From: Sedimentisphaerales bacterium
GTDB taxonomy: Bacteria; Planctomycetota; Phycisphaerae; Sedimentisphaerales; UBA12454
Length of the DNA: 64,000 bases
Direction: 5' to 3'
Assembly (NCBI GenBank): GCA_049518795.1
Contig: JBEKRK010000001.1
Span: 270,477 to 334,476, forward strand
Program-made: the position numbers and the translations under genes
Part shown: one piece after another, positions 7,724 through 15,288 of the stretch
Numbering within the stretch: position 1 is the first letter of the stretch
Layout: the number at the start of each line of letters is the position of its first letter
The notes under the pieces: generated by a model
The model's database searches: none
Seen by the model: the letters and a program-made list of their open reading frames with translations, nothing else
Told to the model about the DNA's origin: nothing

Positions 7724-7783
7724 CGAACCCCGTCATCAAATCCGCCTTTGCGGCGGATTTAAGATGACGTGGCTAACCACGAG
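7724..7783. repeat. REP-like nested hairpin with GGCTAACCAC tail
   Basis: CGAACCCC-GTCATC-AAATCCGCC-TTTGC-GGCGGATTT-AA-GATGAC-GTGGCTAACCACGAG. Same design as the elements at 6115..6432. Confidence 0.6.
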
Positions 7784-8016
7784 TGAAAACCTCAATAAAA
7801 GTAGAGACAAAATATCCCATATTGGTCGAAAGCGCGCAAGAAAAAACTTGCGCGCTTCAAAAAAAATAAAAAATTTTTCTCCTTATCCCACAAGAAGTTA
7901 CAAAATCAAGGTGATAAATTTTAGGCCAAATTTTTAATAAAACGCGCAAGTTTTCAGGTAATACGGAGGGACATATATATTTAAAATTGAATATTTAAGA
8001 TTGAAAATTACTTAAT

Positions 8017-8604
8017 TTGGAAAATGAGGGAATGGAAATGAAGACGAAAGAAGATTATTTAATAAGAAAAGTGGCAGGGCGCGAGGTCAAACTCGATGCG
8101 GACATTTTCCATCATCCGAAAATCCAAAACTCAACCCTTGTTCTTTCAAAGACAGGGCAAGTAATCGTCCGTAATAAAAGAACCAGAAAAACCACTTCCC
8201 TTGCCCGAATAGTTCTTAAAGCAAGAAAAGGACAAATAGTGGACCATAAAAACAGAGACTAGCGTGATAACCGAAGATGCAACCTGCGAATCGTCAACCA
8301 TCGGCAAAATATGCTTAACCGCATATTAAAAAATTCAACAGGCTTCATCGGCGTAAGTGTAATTAAAAAAACAAATAATAAAAAATACTGCGCAGCATAT
8401 TCTGCGGAAAGCAAAAGAGTATATTTCTACAGTCCGTTTACGCCAAACGGGTTAATCCTTGCAGCAATGGCAAGAGATAAATTCGTCATCGAAAATAAAG
8501 ACGAAGAATATGCGCCTCTGAATTTTCCAATATTCAAACAAGAACCTTTCAAAACTTTTCTGCTGAAGAGCGATTTATATGAGATGAAGACATGTTTTTG
8601 CTAA
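8017..8604 (+). pseudogene. HNH endonuclease + AP2 DNA-binding domain gene interrupted by one in-frame TAG
   Basis: ORFs 8017..8262 and 8311..8604 are in the same frame. Reading through TAG at 8260..8262 gives ...GQIVDHKNRD*RDNRRCNLRIVNHRQNMLNR...STGFIGVS...YAPLNFP. That is a contiguous HNH motif (DH-N...DNR..NLR...N) followed by an AP2-type domain. The likely real start is ATG 8038, with GAGGGA upstream. Confidence 0.7.
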
Positions 8605-8992
8605 AAATCGTTAATTGATAACTATCAATCAACGTGAGGGAGAGCGGCAGAATTTAAAAATTAAAATTGAAGATTGAAAATTTGCAGAATTGAGCAAAAG
8701 AGCACATGTCATCAGTGCACAAATTATTGGTTATCCGTTATCAGATAAGCAGGACCTATAAAAATTTTTTTAAAAAATCAGCGTCCTTTTTGCGAAAAAT
8801 TATATACATCGTCTAAAAAAAATCGGTGCAAACAAGTTTATTTTTTCGGACTAAAACAATCGTTTATTGACGCAAATAGACATTTTAAGGTCTTATAAGA
8901 ATTTAATTTAAGGGTAAGCAGTCCTTTTTTTTGAGGTTATAAGTATCATGTTAAGTCATTTTTTTAATGTGTCGAATTTATCCGTAACAGTC

Positions 8993-9020
8993 CATACTGA
9001 CAATAGCTTATGTCAGTATG
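8993..9020. promoter_or_regulatory. perfect 10-bp inverted repeat upstream of the secretion/pilus operon
   Basis: CATACTGACA-atagctta-TGTCAGTATG, ending 38 nt before the mini-pilin start. Confidence 0.35.
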
Positions 9021-9057
9021 CCTATGTGGTGAAATATTGACTATTCGGAGATAGAAA

Positions 9058-9255
9058 TTGGATAGAACGGTTGTCAAAGCCGGCTTCACTCTCGTGGAGC
9101 TTGCGGTGGTCATCGTGATCATCGGCGCGCTGGCGGCTTTCGCTATGCCGAGATTCCGCGCCCAGAACGGTTTCAATTCAACAAACAGCACAATAGCCAA
9201 CGAAGAACATATTGCTATCAACCCGATGCAAACAGAGTCAGGAGGAGGAAGATGA
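9058..9255 (+). CDS. internally deleted 'mini-pilin' (65 aa) or pilin pseudogene
   Basis: TTG start. MDRTVVKAG|FTLVELAVVIVIIGALAAFAMPRF is joined in frame to the pilin C-terminal block ...NSTNSTIANEEHIAINPMQT. A 31-nt run is identical to pilin 1. The pilin stop is lost, and the 6-codon extension supplies the AGGAGG RBS of the next gene. Confidence 0.45.
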   Translation: MDRTVVKAGFTLVELAVVIVIIGALAAFAMPRFRAQNGFNSTNSTIANEEHIAINPMQTESGGGR

Positions 9256-10781
9256 ATATTCTGACAAAACTGTGTTTTGGACGAGCTATCGGAGTGTACT
9301 TCTGCGGTGAACGTGTATGTATCACCGATACGGGTATTACCATTAAAGGCCTGACAATACTGAACCAGCAGTCATTTGAGACGGCTGGCAGCTCTTTGAC
9401 GAACATTCTTCAGGAGTATATAAAAAATCATGGAGGGAAAAATGCTTCCATATGTCTCGGCCTAAAACCAGAACAGATGTTTTTCATAACCTCACGAGCA
9501 GAGAATGAACAGGAAGAACAGATTCGCGATAAACTTCTCGACCATGCGGGATTTCATAGCGCCGAGGAACGAAACACAGTCGTCGCCGACTATCTCAGAA
9601 TAAACAAAACAAAATCATCATCGGGCCCTCTGTGCAGCATCGGCGTATGTAAAAAACAGCTTGCATCCGAACTCCATACCGCAATTAACGAGGCAGGTTT
9701 TACGGATTTCCTTTTGAAGCCAACACCGTGGTCTATGGCGGTATATTCCTCGTCAAAACTGCCAAAGAAATGCAAAAGCTGGAAAGTTTTTGTGCAGGTA
9801 TTTCTTAATGAAACAGGCGGACTTGCGGTGCTGATGCTCGAAAAACACCCTGTGTGCTGGAAAAGGTTCACCTCGACACCTGAGTCTGTGGACAAGATAA
9901 TTTCGGCCATTAGGAGTATATTTCTGCAAAGTACCGTAACGCTGTCTCATCCGATGGTTGATGGAATAATTCTCTGGGGTGCGAATGCGGAACAACTTAG
10001 CGAAAAACTTTATAACAGCCTTGGCATTGAGATTGTAATTGCCGATGGGCCCGGTTTTACCGATTCGTTTTGCAGCCACAGTTTGGCGATGTCGGCGAAG
10101 GCCAAAGACGTGGCTCAGTTCGACATGTTTCACGAATTGCGAGCCAAACCGAGCATTATGCAAATATTCCCGTGGAAAAACGCGGCGGCTGTGGCGGTTA
10201 TGGCACTGGTTATGGGATTTATAATGTGGCAAAAGGCATCAGAGCTTACCAAAGCATACGAGACTATTAAAAAACAAAATTCAGCTTATGTATGGGCTCA
10301 AAAGAAGAATACACAAGAAATTGTCAAAGCCAGGAAAGCTCTAATGGATGAAACAGAAGCGATAGGGAAATTCATTACAACGCGGATAATCTGGAGCGAT
10401 TATTTGCGTGATTTGCCGACCCGACTTCCTTCCAATGTGGGTCTTTCCAATCTGTGGGCGTTGTGCGAATACCATGAAGCGGGTGCGAAAGAAACAGGAA
10501 AAACGAAAGAAAGCAAATCCCTGGCAATGAGGGGAATAACATTGTTTGAAAAAGGCAAGGCGGCGCCGCAGCAAATAGAGACATTCATGGAATCACTCAG
10601 AAAAGTTGACCTGCTGCAGAGAGATTTTCCCAAGGTTCAATTAGCTGAAGTAAGGTGGCGACGAGAGGGCATCAGCGAAATAGCGATGTTCACGGTGCAG
10701 GCTTTACCGAAGAAGGCTGACAAGGGCAGCGGCGGCGAGAAAGGCGCAAAAGGCGAAGCCGCGAAAGGTTCTGCAGGATAG
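9252..10781 (+). CDS. PilM/PilN-like fusion (GspL-like) inner-membrane assembly protein
   Basis: 509 aa. ~300-aa cytoplasmic domain, one TM segment (AAAVAVMALVMGFIMW), then a coiled-coil/periplasmic domain and a Gly/Lys-rich tail. Its position in the operon matches PilMN/GspL. No strong motif was read. Confidence 0.5.
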   Translation: MNILTKLCFGRAIGVYFCGERVCITDTGITIKGLTILNQQSFETAGSSLTNILQEYIKNHGGKNASICLGLKPEQMFFITSRAENEQEEQIRDKLLDHAGFHSAEERNTVVADYLRINKTKSSSGPLCSIGVCKKQLASELHTAINEAGFTDFLLKPTPWSMAVYSSSKLPKKCKSWKVFVQVFLNETGGLAVLMLEKHPVCWKRFTSTPESVDKIISAIRSIFLQSTVTLSHPMVDGIILWGANAEQLSEKLYNSLGIEIVIADGPGFTDSFCSHSLAMSAKAKDVAQFDMFHELRAKPSIMQIFPWKNAAAVAVMALVMGFIMWQKASELTKAYETIKKQNSAYVWAQKKNTQEIVKARKALMDETEAIGKFITTRIIWSDYLRDLPTRLPSNVGLSNLWALCEYHEAGAKETGKTKESKSLAMRGITLFEKGKAAPQQIETFMESLRKVDLLQRDFPKVQLAEVRWRREGISEIAMFTVQALPKKADKGSGGEKGAKGEAAKGSAG

Positions 10782-10786
10782 AGATT

Positions 10787-11326
10787 ATGGAACTGGTGGA
10801 TAAACAAAAAATGATGCGGTATAAAGCGCTTTTTGAAAAGCATATGAGCGACCCGATAAAACTGCGTCTTACCACAATGGCTATTTTGTTTATTGTGTTT
10901 TTTGGCGCCATATATTGGCCTTTATCCAAGAAAATCGATGAAAACAGGAGACGCCTTGCGGCGGAAAAAGAACGCAATGGTTATATTGTTGATTATGAGA
11001 AACTCGACAAGCAGGCAGGGATTTTTCATTCTCTTATAAGCGAAAATCTAGATACTAATGAATGGGTGAAGTATCTACTTGACGGACTTAGACAATACAA
11101 GGTCAAACTGAAAACGATGGAATCAAGGCAGCCTCGCAAAGTCGGTCCATATCGGGCGGTATCCTTTTCGATGGAAATAGAAGGGACATATCCTGAACTT
11201 AAAAATTACATCGAATGGATGGAAAGCTCACAGCGGCTGATTCGCATCGATATGCTGCAATTTGAGAAAAGGTCGGATAATATTTTAATGAAAATGCTTG
11301 TTCTTGCAGTGGTGCCGCAAAAATAA
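10787..11326 (+). CDS. PilO/GspM-like bitopic assembly protein
   Basis: 179 aa. N-terminal TM (LTTMAILFIVFFGAIYW), then a coiled coil and a ferredoxin-like-sized C-terminal domain. Supported by operon context. Confidence 0.5.
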   Translation: MELVDKQKMMRYKALFEKHMSDPIKLRLTTMAILFIVFFGAIYWPLSKKIDENRRRLAAEKERNGYIVDYEKLDKQAGIFHSLISENLDTNEWVKYLLDGLRQYKVKLKTMESRQPRKVGPYRAVSFSMEIEGTYPELKNYIEWMESSQRLIRIDMLQFEKRSDNILMKMLVLAVVPQK

Positions 11327-11877
11327 TGATGAAAATACTAAATAAATTCGCTGTGTTTATCGTTATGGGAATCATAGGTTATCTTGCATATTCTTCGCTG
11401 AATGGCGCCGCGGCAAAGCCTGCCGGTGAGAGCAAGGAACTGCCGGTTGTAACGGAAAAAATGCTTGAACCTGTATTTCTTGATGCGAAAGACGGCGCAA
11501 GCCCGGCCGGCAGAGACCCGTTTGAAGTGTCGGGGTTCGGTTATGCGGATATTTCAAATGAAGCGGACGGGAACGAAAATGGAGGCGGTATTATTGATGG
11601 AAATAATGTTCATTTTCCGCAGAAGCTGATGGGAATACTCGAAGGCGACGATGGACAGCAGCTGGCTTTAATCGGCGGCGAAGTCTATGACGTCGGTTCA
11701 TTTGTCAAACAGCCGGATTCGAATGCCGTATGGGAGGTTTCTTCCATAGAAAATGAAACGGTAATCCTGACCTGTAAGGGATTGCGGGCGGTTCTTAGTA
11801 TTTTGGATTCGCCGGCGGATAACAAAGATGTTAAACAAAAAATGTCTAAAATCGCAACAGAAAAGGAATTGAAATAA
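11326..11877 (+). CDS. PilP/GspC-like periplasmic protein
   Basis: 183 aa. N-terminal TM, RDPF motif, and a C-terminal beta-domain pattern LMGILEGDDGQQLALIGGEVYDVGSFV typical of the PilP/GspC HR domain. Confidence 0.5.
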   Translation: MMKILNKFAVFIVMGIIGYLAYSSLNGAAAKPAGESKELPVVTEKMLEPVFLDAKDGASPAGRDPFEVSGFGYADISNEADGNENGGGIIDGNNVHFPQKLMGILEGDDGQQLALIGGEVYDVGSFVKQPDSNAVWEVSSIENETVILTCKGLRAVLSILDSPADNKDVKQKMSKIATEKELK

Positions 11878-13736
11878 TGGGCAAAACTCTAACATCAGAC
11901 CAGCCGCTTTTGATACAGCTGCTTATGAAACGAGGCCTTCTTAATGAAGAAGAACTTAAGATTTTTCAAGAGACCTTGAAAAAGTCCGGCGGTTCAGTGG
12001 AAGACGCTTTGCTTACTTCGAATGTAGTTACGGAGGCTGATATAGCGACAACCTATGGCGAAGAGCTTGGAATACCTATGGCGGACACAAACAGTCCTCT
12101 CGGCGGGGACAAGGAACTGGCCGAAATGATTGGCGAACCGGTTTGCCGTGAGAATAATTTTGTGCCGCTTGGCAAGGACGGGGAAAATATAAAAGTAGCA
12201 CTTGCAAATCCGACAAATCTGGCATTGTTCGAGAGAATTCAACTGTCCACAGGTCTTGTTGTTCAGCCTGTTATGGCGACTTCTATGATGATTAGCGATA
12301 CTCTCGGTGAAATGTTCGGCACGCGCGATATTGTAAAGGAAATCGCTTCGGAAGCGAAAACACAGGGCGCCGAGCAGCCGAAAGGTAAAGATGAAGAGGT
12401 TGAAGAAATCGTTGACCTTGACCATCCGCTGGCGAAAGGGCGCGACAGCCAGGTGATTCGTTTAGTCAACCACATTCTTTCTTCGTCAATTGAAAACGGA
12501 GCCAGCGATATTCATATTGAACCATTCGAGAAAAGCGTAAAGGTCCGTTTCAGAATCGATGGCGAATTAAATGAAATTTCTCCTCCGCCAAGACCAATGT
12601 ATGTTCCGATGATAAGCAGATTGAAAATTCTGGCCAAGATGGACATTGCTGAAAGGCGTGTTCCGCAGGATGGAGCTATAGCGCTGAAGATAGGAGAAAA
12701 AAGAGTGGATTTGCGCGTCAGCACAGTGCCAACGGTTTTCGGCGAAAAAATGGTTATGCGTATTTTGTCCAAAGGCGTTATACCGACGGACCTGACCAAA
12801 CTGGGCTTTTCACAGAAACAAGCAGACGATTTCAAAACGGCGGCGGAAAGTCCACATGGCTTGCTTCTTGTTACCGGCCCGACAGGCAGCGGAAAATCGA
12901 CGACACTATACAGCGTGCTTAATATGATTAACACGCCGGATGTCAATATAATGACTGTCGAAGACCCTGTTGAATATAAATTCGAAGGAATGAACCAGGT
13001 TCACGTCAGAAGCCAGGTAGGTCTTACATTTGCGGCGGCACTGAGAGCATTTTTGCGGCAGGACCCGGACATAATAATGGTCGGTGAGGTTCGTGACCAG
13101 GAAACGGCGCAGATTTGTTTAAGGGCTGCATTAACAGGACATATGGTGCTTTCGACTCTGCATACAAATGACGCACTTGCTGCTGTAAACCGTCTTGTGG
13201 ATATGGGAGCTGAAAGATTTTTGCTTGCATCTGCGCTTCGTGTTGTCGAGGCACAAAGACTTGTCCGAAGGCTTTGCGCACGATGCAAAGAAAAATATCA
13301 GATGGATAAAGAGACGGCCAGGAAATGGCATCTTGACCCCGACAAGGAATATTACCGTCCGAAAGGCTGTGAAGACTGCAGAGGCGGGGGATACAGCGGA
13401 CGAGTAGGTCTTTTTGAAGTTATAGGAATAACGCCAAAAATCAGGGATATGATAAGCGAAGGCAGCCCGCTGAATGAATTGCAAGCGCAAGCCCGTCGAG
13501 AAAAATATATGCTTATTTTAGATGCCGGTATGCAGAAAGTTCAGGAAGGACTTACCAGTCTTGAAGAGGTCCTGAGCACCTGCTCTGAAGAATCAGATGA
13601 TAATGGCGATGACAGGAAAAAAGATGAACAAGATGACAAATTGCTCGAAAAAACCGTCGGTGACGGAAAAGATATAGATGTTCAAGATGATAAAGTTCTT
13701 GAAAAAACTATAGCCTCGGCTGAGGTTGTAAAATAA
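11877..13736 (+). CDS. GspE/PilB-family secretion/pilus assembly ATPase
   Basis: 619 aa. T2SSE_N-like N-terminus, Walker A GPTGSGKST, Walker B DPDIIMVGEVRD, tetracysteine CARC...CEDC. The acidic C-terminal tail has a duplicated QDDK(L/V)LEKT(V/I) unit. Confidence 0.92.
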   Translation: MGKTLTSDQPLLIQLLMKRGLLNEEELKIFQETLKKSGGSVEDALLTSNVVTEADIATTYGEELGIPMADTNSPLGGDKELAEMIGEPVCRENNFVPLGKDGENIKVALANPTNLALFERIQLSTGLVVQPVMATSMMISDTLGEMFGTRDIVKEIASEAKTQGAEQPKGKDEEVEEIVDLDHPLAKGRDSQVIRLVNHILSSSIENGASDIHIEPFEKSVKVRFRIDGELNEISPPPRPMYVPMISRLKILAKMDIAERRVPQDGAIALKIGEKRVDLRVSTVPTVFGEKMVMRILSKGVIPTDLTKLGFSQKQADDFKTAAESPHGLLLVTGPTGSGKSTTLYSVLNMINTPDVNIMTVEDPVEYKFEGMNQVHVRSQVGLTFAAALRAFLRQDPDIIMVGEVRDQETAQICLRAALTGHMVLSTLHTNDALAAVNRLVDMGAERFLLASALRVVEAQRLVRRLCARCKEKYQMDKETARKWHLDPDKEYYRPKGCEDCRGGGYSGRVGLFEVIGITPKIRDMISEGSPLNELQAQARREKYMLILDAGMQKVQEGLTSLEEVLSTCSEESDDNGDDRKKDEQDDKLLEKTVGDGKDIDVQDDKVLEKTIASAEVVK

Positions 13737-13765
13737 AGAAATGAAATATAAGGCGATTTAAACAA

Positions 13766-14878
13766 ATGGCTGAAAGAATAGGAAATACCGAACTTAGCTT
13801 TGTGCAGAAGCACATCAGGATATCCACGAAACAGCACGCCGGCATCAAACAGGATGATAAGCTGCAGTTTTTCCATCATCTTACGACGCTGTTTGCAGCC
13901 GGAACTCCACTGCTTGAGTCTCTGCAGATAGCAACGCGTCAAACGCAGAGCCAAAAGATGCAGAAGGTTATCGGCACAATCGCGGAAAAAGTTGCAGCCG
14001 GGACATCACTGAATCAGGCTGCTAACGAGTTCCCCAAAGTATTCGAGCGGCAATGGGTTGAAGTTATCAAAACAGGAGAACTAAGCGGACAGCTCACCCA
14101 GGTTTTAAACTCGCTTACAACATATATTGAAGCAAGCAAGGAAATGAAAAGCAAGGTAATCTCTGCTATGGTATATCCGTGCATTATGTGTGTTGTGGCG
14201 GTTCTGGCAATTGTAATAATGCTGTGGAAAGTAGTCCCCGTGTTTTCTGCATTCTTTGCCGATGCCGGTTCGAAACTGCCGGGCATTACTCAGGCAGTTG
14301 TGAATGTATCAGAGTTCCTTCAGAAAAGAGGCCTTGTGCTGTTTGCGGGCATTGGCGTTTTCATATTTGCACTTCGAGCATATTTGAAGACCGACAAAGG
14401 CAAACATATCCTGGACCAGCTTATGTTAACTATACCGATGATAGGCGAATGCATCGTGTATGTAAATATGGAAAAATTCGCAACCAATATGGTGCTTTTC
14501 CTTAATAGCGGTCTACCGCTAATGGAAACGATAAGCTCTCTGCAGGGAGTATTTCATAACAATACGGTTTACAGGGAAGCAATGTATAGAATTCAGCAGA
14601 GGGTGGCCAGCGGCAACGGCTTGGCACCGGCAATAGAAGAATCAAAGCTGTTCACATCAATGGTAATCTCGATGGTCAAAGTCGGCGAAGAATCAGGCGA
14701 ACTGGCAAAAGTGCTTGACCAGGTGGCGATGTATTATCGAACCAAAGTAAAAGACATCGCAGAGCGTATAACCGGCATGATTGAGCCAATCGTAATTCTC
14801 GGTATGGGCGTCAGCGTTGCCGTAATATTGACGTCAATATATCTGCCAATGTTCCAAATGGCGGGAGGCATTCATTAA
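13766..14878 (+). CDS. GspF/PilC-family platform protein
   Basis: 370 aa, two T2SSF repeats and three TM segments, directly downstream of the ATPase. Confidence 0.9.
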   Translation: MAERIGNTELSFVQKHIRISTKQHAGIKQDDKLQFFHHLTTLFAAGTPLLESLQIATRQTQSQKMQKVIGTIAEKVAAGTSLNQAANEFPKVFERQWVEVIKTGELSGQLTQVLNSLTTYIEASKEMKSKVISAMVYPCIMCVVAVLAIVIMLWKVVPVFSAFFADAGSKLPGITQAVVNVSEFLQKRGLVLFAGIGVFIFALRAYLKTDKGKHILDQLMLTIPMIGECIVYVNMEKFATNMVLFLNSGLPLMETISSLQGVFHNNTVYREAMYRIQQRVASGNGLAPAIEESKLFTSMVISMVKVGEESGELAKVLDQVAMYYRTKVKDIAERITGMIEPIVILGMGVSVAVILTSIYLPMFQMAGGIH

Positions 14879-14879
14879 A

Positions 14880-15275
14880 ATGGAACCAATGCAGGAAAAT
14901 CAGAGATTAGTTTTTATAAGCCGACGCGAATATGAACGTGTGCCTTTTGTGAAAAGGCTTACAGTAAGGGACGTTGAAAGCGGCGGAAAATATGAAGCCA
15001 ACGGCATAGATATAAGCGTAAAAGGTATCGGATTTTATTCGAAAAAATTCTTTTCGAAAGACACCAGGGTAGCCATACAGGTCTGGCTTGACGAAGATAC
15101 GCAAAAAGACCCTGTATGGATTAACGCTACCGTCAAGTGGTCAAAACTTGAACAGGATGGGGCTGTAATGGGCGCTCAGTTCGATACCCTTGTAAAACCA
15201 ACAGAGCATCCAAAGCTGTATGAAATGATTTATAAGGTAATGCGGGTAATAACATTAGGTTCGACACTTTTATAA
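14880..15275 (+). CDS. PilZ-domain (c-di-GMP receptor) protein
   Basis: 131 aa with the canonical RRxxxR (RREYER) and DxSxxG (DISVKG) motifs. Starts 1 nt after the platform gene stop. Confidence 0.75.
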   Translation: MEPMQENQRLVFISRREYERVPFVKRLTVRDVESGGKYEANGIDISVKGIGFYSKKFFSKDTRVAIQVWLDEDTQKDPVWINATVKWSKLEQDGAVMGAQFDTLVKPTEHPKLYEMIYKVMRVITLGSTLL

Positions 15276-15288
15276 AAAAAATTAACAG

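Noticed and set aside
8017-8604. Treating 8017..8262 and 8311..8604 as two independent small genes.
   Set aside because: They share one frame, and the HNH motif runs continuously across the single TAG. The second ORF's 'start' is an internal Met of the HNH domain.
11877-12000. An MshEN-type c-di-GMP-binding motif at the ATPase N-terminus.
   Set aside because: LIQLLMKRGLLNEEELKIFQETL resembles it superficially. However, it lacks the leading RLG and has the wrong spacing between the LL pair and the Gly.
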